NCBI GenBank assembly: GCA_965223265.1
Contig: OZ244999.1
Location: 1,696,001 to 1,760,000 of the forward strand
Direction of reading: 5' to 3'
DNA from: Planctomycetota bacterium
Lineage (GTDB): Bacteria > Planctomycetota > UBA8108 > SXIK01
DNA: 64,000 nt
Part shown: positions 45,220 to 53,046 of the stretch, one piece after another
How positions within the stretch are numbered: the stretch's first letter is position 1
Layout: every line of letters starts with the position of its first letter
Notes under the pieces: model-generated
The model's input: only the letters and a program-made list of their open reading frames with translations
Databases searched by the model: none
What the model was told of the DNA's origin: nothing
Translations under genes and position numbers: made by a program

Positions 45220-47688
45220 GTGGACTTGAAGCGGTGTCGTTTCTGTTGGATCGTTGCGCCCATTTTGGTCATGGTCGGCCAGGTCACGGTTGCGCAGCCC
45301 TCAGCACGCGATTACAGCTCTGTGGTGATCAACGAGTTTTTGACCTCCAACCGCTTCACGAACCGCGACGAATTCGGCCGTAGTACTGACTGGGTTGAGC
45401 TTCACAATCGGGGTGACCGGAGGATCGATCTTGAGGATTGTGCTCTTTCCGACGACATCAATGAGGCGCGTAAATGGGTCTTCCCTTCCGTGTCGTTGGG
45501 CGCCGGGGGCTACCTGGTCGTATGGCTGTCCGGCAAGAATCGAGCTGCATCAGCTGAACGAGCCAGCGGCGATGACAACGACAGTCGGAGTCGTCTTTTC
45601 GAGCCGACCCTTCTGCCTTTGGGAGTGAAGTGGCGCTACGTCGATGGCCGTGCACTCCGTGGCCCTCTACCGGCCAAGTGGACTTCATTGGGCTTCGATG
45701 ATCGGCGCTTTCGCAGCGGGCGTTCGGGGTTCGGGTACGGCCCTGATCATGCGCATCCAACACGCCTTCGTGACGGTGCGAGTGTCGTTTTTGTGCGGCG
45801 ACGATTCACGATCAAGAATCTTTCTGCTGCAAGACGACTCGCTTTACGCATCGATTATGACGATGGTTTCGTCGCCTACTTGAACGGTCGGCGCGTCGCC
45901 GCCGCAAATGCGCCGAATGAACTCAGCTCGCGATCGCGGGCAACGGCGCGGCGAGAGTCCGGCGTCCCCGAAGTCTTCGATCTCAAACGAAGCGTACTTC
46001 GTCGAGGGAAGAACGTATTGGCGATCGCCGCGTTGAACATCAGCCCGAGTAGTAGCGACCTCGTGCTTCGGCCGGAGCTCGGCGTGCTGCGACAGAATCT
46101 TCACGCCACCTTCAAGCTCAAGAAGGAGGGAGGACATCTGCTGCTCAGTGGCCCAGACGGCGAGCGGATTGCACATGTCGAATACCCAAAACAGGTGCGT
46201 GATCATTCGTACGGACGAACGACGAACGGCGAGTGGCGCTTCTTTTTGACGCCGACTGCCGGCGCAAAGAATCACACCGTTGCGCATGAGCAAACACGTG
46301 CCGGTCGGGTCAGAATGGAGCCGGCTGCGTCTCGCCATGATCGTCGTGTGGAAGTGTCCATGGGGCTGAAACATCCGGAGGGCTACGACATCCGCTTCAC
46401 CACGGACGGGTCGTTGCCTGACGCGAAGAGCCGGAAGTACGAGGAGCCGCTGGCGCTCAGAAAGACGACCGTGCTGCGCGCTGCGTCGTTTGTCGGGCGC
46501 GAAAGATCAGGTCCAGTGGTGTCGAAGACGTATTTCGTCGGCTCATCGGTACCAAAGTTTCGCATTCTATCGATCACAATGGACCCGGAAGATTACTCAC
46601 TGGTCCACGACAGCGACGAGGCACGGGGACGAGCATCGGAGCGGCGTGCGCACCTGGAATTGATCGAAGCTGACGGCAAACTCGGCTTCGCGACCGAGTG
46701 TGGGTTGCGCCTTCACGGTGGGTACGGCCGGCGCGGCGACATGGATCGAAAGAAATCGTACCGCGTCTACTTTCGCGGTGCGTATGGGAAGAAGTCGTTG
46801 GACTATCCTCTTTTTCCTGATGGAGAAGACGCCAAGGTCGACAAGCTCGTGTTGCGCGCTGGGCTCGATGACTGCGTTTTTCTTCCATCGGATCGACGAG
46901 CTCGAGCAACGTATCTTCGGGATCAGCTGATACGGGACCTACACGGCGATATGGGAGCCGTCGCGGCGCGTGGAACGTGGTGTCTCTTGTACGTCAATCG
47001 GCGACCGCGTGGACTTTTCAACGTCACCGAGCGCATTGATCAAAAGTTCTTGAACCGTCGCCTCGGAAAGTCGAAGTGGGATTTGATCATGACTCGAGAC
47101 GACGTCCAAGCAGGAAGTGCCGAAGACTGGATGGACTTGCGCGAGCGGGCAAAGCGGGGTGAATTCAGCAAGGATAGGAGGCTCAAGCGGTTTCGAAGTG
47201 ACGTCGACATAGAGCGCTTTGTCGACTATCTGATCCTCAACATGTGGGGACAGAATTTTGACTGGCCGCACAACAATTGGTATGTCGCGCGCAAACGCGC
47301 AGATGACGCTAAGTGGTTCTTCATGTGTTGGGATGCCGAGTACGCAATCGGCCTTGAGCCGGCAGGATTTACAGCCGATGCCGTTAGATTCGTTCGTTCA
47401 CGGCGCGGGGGCATCGCTGAGCTGTTCGAAGGTTTGTGGGGCAGCGTACAGTTTCAGCGGTATTTTCGTAAGCGTGCGCGACTTCTTCTGAGCACGACGC
47501 TCAGCGAAGCCGAGGTCAGTAAGCGCATCAGAGCGTTGGCGCAGGAAGTTCGTGGTGGCGTCGAGGTCGAGCTTAAGCTCTACGGTGGCACGATGAAGCA
47601 GTGGACAAAGAGCGTCGAAGGCATGCTGGCGTTCGCCGCGCGTCGTGGCCCGATTTTCCTGAAGCAGCTCGAGCGGGCCATGAAGTGA
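45220..47688 (+). CDS. CotH kinase-family protein with lamin-tail and FN3/chitobiase-like domains
   Basis: VVINEF...DWVELHN (LTD), RFTTDGSLP, KKSYRVYF, NFDWPHNNWY, WDAE; signal peptide. Confidence 0.88.
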   Translation: MDLKRCRFCWIVAPILVMVGQVTVAQPSARDYSSVVINEFLTSNRFTNRDEFGRSTDWVELHNRGDRRIDLEDCALSDDINEARKWVFPSVSLGAGGYLVVWLSGKNRAASAERASGDDNDSRSRLFEPTLLPLGVKWRYVDGRALRGPLPAKWTSLGFDDRRFRSGRSGFGYGPDHAHPTRLRDGASVVFVRRRFTIKNLSAARRLALRIDYDDGFVAYLNGRRVAAANAPNELSSRSRATARRESGVPEVFDLKRSVLRRGKNVLAIAALNISPSSSDLVLRPELGVLRQNLHATFKLKKEGGHLLLSGPDGERIAHVEYPKQVRDHSYGRTTNGEWRFFLTPTAGAKNHTVAHEQTRAGRVRMEPAASRHDRRVEVSMGLKHPEGYDIRFTTDGSLPDAKSRKYEEPLALRKTTVLRAASFVGRERSGPVVSKTYFVGSSVPKFRILSITMDPEDYSLVHDSDEARGRASERRAHLELIEADGKLGFATECGLRLHGGYGRRGDMDRKKSYRVYFRGAYGKKSLDYPLFPDGEDAKVDKLVLRAGLDDCVFLPSDRRARATYLRDQLIRDLHGDMGAVAARGTWCLLYVNRRPRGLFNVTERIDQKFLNRRLGKSKWDLIMTRDDVQAGSAEDWMDLRERAKRGEFSKDRRLKRFRSDVDIERFVDYLILNMWGQNFDWPHNNWYVARKRADDAKWFFMCWDAEYAIGLEPAGFTADAVRFVRSRRGGIAELFEGLWGSVQFQRYFRKRARLLLSTTLSEAEVSKRIRALAQEVRGGVEVELKLYGGTMKQWTKSVEGMLAFAARRGPIFLKQLERAMK

Positions 47689-47729
47689 GTAGAGCCTTCT
47701 GCGCGCGTCCAACACGGCGTGGGGACGCA

Positions 47730-48182
47730 TCACTCAAGACGCAGATGGTGCAGAAAGAGCCGGCGGATTTCTGTGGCACAGCATGAGCCACTTGGCGCTT
47801 TCGTTTCGCACTGGGCGTCATCTCCCTCGGCTTTCAAAACCATGTCGCGCACGATGTCCTTGCGCCCAGCTTCCGCAGCTGTGCGAACCTCGTCAGCGGT
47901 GAAACCAAAGCATGAGCACACCGGCGCGGTGGGGCTCTTTGGATAGGCTGCCGCCGAGAGCGAAGAGCGTTCTGCCGTTGTTCCCCAGGTATCGAAGTAG
48001 GCGACTTGACAGCTCGGATTCGCGCAGTAGTAGGCCGACTCGGAGAACTTGCCTGCCAGCACTTCGGGCAGCTGCGACACGAGGGTCACGCGCGAGACAG
48101 GAGATCCCAGTCCACCGCAGCCCTTGGGCGCGGGACAGCGCGGTTCTCCCGGTTCGGGATCTTTTACAAAGGCCTTGTTCAT
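47730..48182 (-). CDS. CopZ N-terminal-like Zn/[2Fe-2S]-binding protein
   Basis: Cys pattern CP-x4-CG, YYC-x4-C, VCSCF, C-x7-SCC. Confidence 0.8.
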   Translation of the reverse strand: MNKAFVKDPEPGEPRCPAPKGCGGLGSPVSRVTLVSQLPEVLAGKFSESAYYCANPSCQVAYFDTWGTTAERSSLSAAAYPKSPTAPVCSCFGFTADEVRTAAEAGRKDIVRDMVLKAEGDDAQCETKAPSGSCCATEIRRLFLHHLRLE

Positions 48183-48233
48183 ATGCGTATGGGGCGTCAG
48201 TCGTGTTAGAGTACGCGACGTTGGTTCGCCTCG

Positions 48234-48372
48234 GTCTCCGTCTCTGTCTCCGCTTCCGTCTCTGTCCCCATTGTTGCATGAGAGAAGAGCTTCGACGCCG
48301 CGTGCGATGGCGATTGAGCGAGGGTGAGTATGAGCGTTTGCGTGAGCGTGTCTCCGTCTCTGTCTCCGCTCC
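48234..48372 (+). repeat. Intergenic hexamer-periodic repeat (GTCTCY arrays flanking a GAGNGT array)
   Basis: gtctcc gtctct gtctcc gcttcc gtctct gtcccc (48234-48269); gagggt gagtat gagcgt ttgcgt gagcgt gtctcc gtctct gtctcc (48320-48367). Confidence 0.8.
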
Positions 48373-48387
48373 GGCGGCTCAGCCTAT

Positions 48388-49155
48388 CTACAAAGCATAC
48401 TCGGGCTCTTCTCGATCCAAAACGCGCCGAATCGCTTCGAGGTGCCCCGAGGCCAGCTCCGGGTCGTCCGCAAACTGCTTCGCGGCCGTGCGCGCCACTT
48501 CATCGTCGACCACCTTCAACTCTTGACCCGCCGACTGGACCAAGTGCTGAAGGTAGCAGGCCCGCTCCAAATAATAGAGATCGTCGAATGCCTTGGCGAC
48601 CGAGTCGCCGACGACCACGACGCCGTGGTTGGCAAGAAAGACGATGTGCTTGTCCCCCAGCGCTTGGCAGATGCGTTCCCCCTCGCTGGCATCGAGCGCG
48701 AGTCCTTCGTAGCGATCCTCGTAGCTGATGTTGTCAAAGAACCTCACGGCGTTCTGGCTCGCCATCTGCAGCTTGCCGTCAACCGAAGAAGTGATCGCTG
48801 TCGCGTAGGGCATGTGTGTATGGAGAACACACCGCGCCTGTGGGAGACCGAGGTGGACCCGTGAGTGAATGAAGAAAGCGGTTGGCTCCACGTCGTCGCG
48901 TGGGTCAGCCGCCTCTAGTACTTTTCCATCAGCGTCAACGAGAAGAAGACGACTGGCTGTCAGCTCCGACCAGTGATAGCCGCGGGGGTTGACCAGGAAA
49001 TGGTCGGCATCGGGAGCGAAGCTGAAGTGATTACAGATGCCTTCGCTCAGGCCCAATCGAGCTGACCAGCGGAAAATCGCAGCGAGGTCGATGCGTGCCT
49101 GGCGAAGACTCTCAGCGTTCATGGAAAACTTCTCTTTTATATTCTCGAAACTCAA
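48388..49155 (-). CDS. Class II aldolase/adducin family protein
   Basis: EGICNHFS, AFFIHSRVH, VLHTHMPYA, LANHG metal-binding His motifs. Confidence 0.92.
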   Translation of the reverse strand: MSFENIKEKFSMNAESLRQARIDLAAIFRWSARLGLSEGICNHFSFAPDADHFLVNPRGYHWSELTASRLLLVDADGKVLEAADPRDDVEPTAFFIHSRVHLGLPQARCVLHTHMPYATAITSSVDGKLQMASQNAVRFFDNISYEDRYEGLALDASEGERICQALGDKHIVFLANHGVVVVGDSVAKAFDDLYYLERACYLQHLVQSAGQELKVVDDEVARTAAKQFADDPELASGHLEAIRRVLDREEPEYAL

Positions 49156-49168
49156 TCGAAACAGTGAG

Positions 49169-50503
49169 CTATCGTTTCAGGGTTGAGAGTGCAGCCGCGA
49201 ATGCGGCCACGGTTTCGTCCACATCGTCGTCGGTGTGTGCGAGTGAGGGATAGTACTTTTGTGGCCAACCTTTCAAGACTTGGCGCTTGAGCAGGCCGCG
49301 GTTGAGCAGATCGATGATTTCCATGTCGCATCGCAGTTGGTCGCGGTAGGTATGCACCGGACGATCCGTAACGAAAAGATCGAAGATGACGTCCTCCCCT
49401 GAACTTTGAACGTCGAGCTCAGCCGCTGCGCAAGCTTCTTCGAGTCCCAGGCGCAAGCGGCGTCCTACCGCGTGCAGCCGGTCGTAGGTCCCCGGTTTTC
49501 GTAGCTCGCTCAGCGTCGCCAGGCCGGCGGCGCATGCAACGGGATTGGCGTTGAGGGTGCCGACATGCTGTACGTAGTCTTCAGGTGCGGACGTGTCTTG
49601 GTCATAGACCGAGAGGATTTCGCTACGACCGACGACGGCTGCGAGAGGGAATCCTCCTCCCATGATCTTGCCGACGGCGCACAGGTCGGGAACGACTCCG
49701 TAGTATTCCTGCGCGCCTCCGTAGGCGAGCCTGAAACCCGTCACGACCTCATCGAAAATCAGGGGCACTCCGCAGCGCTGTGTGACTTCACGAAGGTTTT
49801 CTAAGAACCCTGGCTGCGGCGTGAGGAGGCGCTGCAGAGGTTCGACGATGACTCCTGCGAGCTCGTCCTGATGCTTCTCAATGAGTTGCGTCGCCGCTGT
49901 TGCATCGTTGAACGGGGCGATGAGCACCGTGTTTTCGATCGGCCGCGGTATCCCAGCGCAGCACGGCTCAGGTCTCGGGAATTCGGGAGTTTTGGTTGCG
50001 GCCACGCTCATGAGCGCATAGTCGCTCATGCCGTGGTAGCCGCCCTCGAACTTCATCACTTTGTCCCGCTTACGAAACGCCCTCGCGACGCGCAGACACT
50101 GAAAACACGCGTCCGTGCCGCTCGTGGTGAAGCGGACTTTTTCGGCGCACGGAAAAGCGGCGACCAACACCGCGGCGAGCTCGATCGCCTCTACCGCGGT
50201 GGCGAAGAAGCTACTCCCGCGCTGGGCCGCCTCGTTGACGGCCGCGACGACCGCCGGAGCGGCATGACCGAGGATCATCGGGCCGGACCCCATCAACCAG
50301 TCGATGTAGCGATGACCGTCCGCATCCCATAGGTACGCCCCTTTGCCTTCGCGAGCCACAAACGTGGTGGACGCTGGCGGCATGAGATTCCCGATCGTGC
50401 CGCCCGGGAGATAGCAGCTCGCCATCTCGAGCAGGTCTCGTTGCGAGCGCGTTCCCTGAGTCGCTGAGGTTTGGTGCTGATTCACGATCCCTGCTTGAGT
50501 CAT
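49169..50503 (-). CDS. Class III aminotransferase (glutamate-1-semialdehyde aminomutase-like)
   Basis: GAYLWDADG, SGTDA, FEGGYHG, IFDEVVTGFR, GKIMGGG (PLP Lys), GTLNANP. Confidence 0.92.
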   Translation of the reverse strand: MTQAGIVNQHQTSATQGTRSQRDLLEMASCYLPGGTIGNLMPPASTTFVAREGKGAYLWDADGHRYIDWLMGSGPMILGHAAPAVVAAVNEAAQRGSSFFATAVEAIELAAVLVAAFPCAEKVRFTTSGTDACFQCLRVARAFRKRDKVMKFEGGYHGMSDYALMSVAATKTPEFPRPEPCCAGIPRPIENTVLIAPFNDATAATQLIEKHQDELAGVIVEPLQRLLTPQPGFLENLREVTQRCGVPLIFDEVVTGFRLAYGGAQEYYGVVPDLCAVGKIMGGGFPLAAVVGRSEILSVYDQDTSAPEDYVQHVGTLNANPVACAAGLATLSELRKPGTYDRLHAVGRRLRLGLEEACAAAELDVQSSGEDVIFDLFVTDRPVHTYRDQLRCDMEIIDLLNRGLLKRQVLKGWPQKYYPSLAHTDDDVDETVAAFAAALSTLKR

Positions 50504-50709
50504 CGACGGCGCGATTTGCCACCGCGCTGAGTTGCAGTTGTGAGCTGCGTACTGTTATATGTCGGCTGACGCGCAGGGATCAATCGCCATCATGCTGATT
50601 CGCGATGCGAGCGCACGCATTGTCGATGTGTCGTGAAACCTGTGTCAGGAAAGAATCTCAACAGGCTGTCAAGGTGAACACCAAACCGTCCAGCGCGAAA
50701 GGTTGAAGA

Positions 50710-51714
50710 ATGCAGCTTCTCTACGAATCCGATGCGTCGTTGACGCCTCTTGAAGGCAAGACGGTTGCGGTTCTTGGCTACGGAAACCAGGGACGAGCGC
50801 AGGCGCTCAATCTGCGTGATAGCGGCGTCAGCGTTGTCGTTGGCAACCGCGAGGACGAGTACCGCGACTTGGCCGTAGAGGAGGGCTGGAGACCTCTCAC
50901 GATTCCTGAGGCCGCAGCTCAGGGCGACGTACTGCTCGTCCTGACAACCGACGAATGCATGCCTTCGATTTGGGATCAGCAAATACTTCCCGGGATCGAA
51001 GCTGGCAACACACTTTGCTGGGGGAGTGGATACAACGTCGGGTACGGGATCATCAAACCGCCGTTGACTGCGAACGCGGTGATGATTGCACCGATGATGC
51101 CCGGCAATATGGTCCGGACTCTCTTCGAGCGGGGAAGCGGTGTCGTGGGCCAGTTTGCGGTCGAACGAGACGTCTCGGGCGACGCTCGTGAGTTGGTATT
51201 GGCGCTCTGCAAAGGCATGGGGCTGACTCGCGTCGGCGTCTACGAGTCATCATTTTTGCACGAGGCGCACCTCAATCTCTTCACCGAGCAAGTCGTTTGG
51301 CCAGGTCTGACTGCGTGGCTTGTGGAGTGTTTCGAACTTGCTGTCGAGCATGGATACTCGCCGGAAGCGGTCATCATGACGCTTTACGCGTCGGGCGAGG
51401 CAGCGGAGATCATGGGGCTGATGGCGAGCTACGGGTTCTTCAAACAGATGAGATTCCATTCGACGACGAGTCAGTACGGCACGTTCACTCGAGCGAAAAA
51501 CCTCATCAGTGATTCAATGCGCGAGCAAGCCAGAAAGAACTTCGTCGACGACATCAAGGGGGGCAGCTTCGTCAAGGAGTGGACCGTCGACAGCGACAAC
51601 TCGACGAAGCGTCTGCAGCAGCTTTGGACGGAGGTGCTGGCACACCCGATGAGCGTCGCGGAAGATCGAGTGCTCGAGCTGCTGCGTGATGCTCATGCCG
51701 AAGGCAAGGACTGA
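50710..51714 (+). CDS. Ketol-acid reductoisomerase (IlvC)-like protein with non-canonical active site
   Basis: GYGNQGRAQALNLRDSG N-terminus and full class I KARI length; key residues are substituted (see findings). Confidence 0.85.
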   Translation: MQLLYESDASLTPLEGKTVAVLGYGNQGRAQALNLRDSGVSVVVGNREDEYRDLAVEEGWRPLTIPEAAAQGDVLLVLTTDECMPSIWDQQILPGIEAGNTLCWGSGYNVGYGIIKPPLTANAVMIAPMMPGNMVRTLFERGSGVVGQFAVERDVSGDARELVLALCKGMGLTRVGVYESSFLHEAHLNLFTEQVVWPGLTAWLVECFELAVEHGYSPEAVIMTLYASGEAAEIMGLMASYGFFKQMRFHSTTSQYGTFTRAKNLISDSMREQARKNFVDDIKGGSFVKEWTVDSDNSTKRLQQLWTEVLAHPMSVAEDRVLELLRDAHAEGKD

Positions 51715-51727
51715 ACGCGATCTGCGG

Positions 51728-51749
51728 AGGCTCCCTTCGGTGGGAGTCT
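51728..51749. terminator. GC hairpin between convergent genes (possible bidirectional terminator)
   Basis: aggctccc-ttcggt-gggagtct forms an 8-bp stem with one G:U pair; no clear U-tract. Confidence 0.4.
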
Positions 51750-52905
51750 ACGGCGTTCCAGGATCCCAGATCGTGGCGATGATTCGGCGGTAAGGATTGT
51801 CGTTGGGATAGAAGTAGTAGGTCGTGACTAGTTTTCCATCGGGGCGCTGTAGTGTGCGTGGGTAGCCGAGATCGCGGCCGCCTCCGTCTGTCTTGAGCAC
51901 GAACGGCTCCGACCAGGTTGCGCCCGCGTCACTGCTAAATCTTGCCTGCATTTCAAAGGGAGCTTTGCGGACGCCATATGTAACGCAGAGGCGCCCGTCC
52001 TCCAGGCGCAGCATTGACGGCGGATTGCCCTCGCCCACGTCATCAACAGCGTTGTTGATGAACGTCCAGCTTGCGCCGTTGTCTTTCGACTTCCACGTAT
52101 CGATCCAGCGGTGCTTGTCTTCGCCAGGGCCTTCGCGGCGACGCGTCGTCATAACAAGATCACTCGGCGAAAGACGGACGGTGGATGGCATGATCGAGAA
52201 ACCGTTTGGTTCTGGGCCGACAAACGACAGGAATTTCCACGTCACTCCACCGTCGGTCGTGCGCGCGCTGAACACGCGACCTTCCTTCCGGTTCTTTTTC
52301 GAAGCTGTGAGAAAAACGTGACAGTCGCGTTTGTCGTTCACGATGTACTCTGGCCGCGCCATGATCCCCGGCTGGTCGAAACTTGGCACCTGGAACGGGC
52401 CGCGCCAATTGTGTCCGCGGTCGTAGGAATAGTAGAGTCGAGACATACCGTCGTGGATGGTCGCAAAACGCATCGTCATACAGAAGTCCGGATGCGCGAA
52501 ATCGATGGGGGTCGTGATCGGGACTGGATCCATCTCCTTGTGCTTTGGATCCGTGATGCCGTGACGCATGCCTCCAGCGTTGACCAGCATGCCCTTGTCT
52601 TGCGGATACTCCATCGCCCAGGTCTCACCACCGTCCATGCTGCGCGCGAGCACGTGGTGCTCCGGTTTCTCACGATCGATGTTGTGTCTCTCTTCGCCGA
52701 GGTCCTTGTGAATCCCAGTGCTGAAGCCGACGAGAATTTCGTTTCCCCACATCCACATGCCGTGATTCGCCGGCCAGCCACCGAACTTTCCCTCTTCACC
52801 GTAGACGACGACGTGACGCTCGACCTTCGGCTCGGTCGCAACCGAAGGAGACCAGACGAGCGCGCAAATCAGTAAGATGGACAGACCGTGGCAACGTGTC
52901 GACAT
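51748..52905 (-). CDS. Secreted sialidase-fold/BNR-repeat protein
   Basis: Asp-boxes SMDGGETW, SYDRGHNW, TTDGGVTW, SKDNGASW, SSDAGATW; DLGYP; signal peptide. Confidence 0.88.
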   Translation of the reverse strand: MSTRCHGLSILLICALVWSPSVATEPKVERHVVVYGEEGKFGGWPANHGMWMWGNEILVGFSTGIHKDLGEERHNIDREKPEHHVLARSMDGGETWAMEYPQDKGMLVNAGGMRHGITDPKHKEMDPVPITTPIDFAHPDFCMTMRFATIHDGMSRLYYSYDRGHNWRGPFQVPSFDQPGIMARPEYIVNDKRDCHVFLTASKKNRKEGRVFSARTTDGGVTWKFLSFVGPEPNGFSIMPSTVRLSPSDLVMTTRRREGPGEDKHRWIDTWKSKDNGASWTFINNAVDDVGEGNPPSMLRLEDGRLCVTYGVRKAPFEMQARFSSDAGATWSEPFVLKTDGGGRDLGYPRTLQRPDGKLVTTYYFYPNDNPYRRIIATIWDPGTP

Positions 52906-53046
52906 GACGAGCTCCGGAGAACGAGGTATGATCGAAAAGTTTCGAGGTGTAGATTGTGTGGCGTGCGTTGCCTCTCGTCAACCGATGCCGACTCGGGGGT
53001 GCGCGTCGCCACGTCGAGAATCGGCGCCTGTTGAATCTTAACGCCC

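Noticed and set aside
49169-50503. Calling the aminotransferase hemL
   Set aside because: It lacks the typical PGGVNSPVRA N-terminal motif and has no tetrapyrrole gene context.
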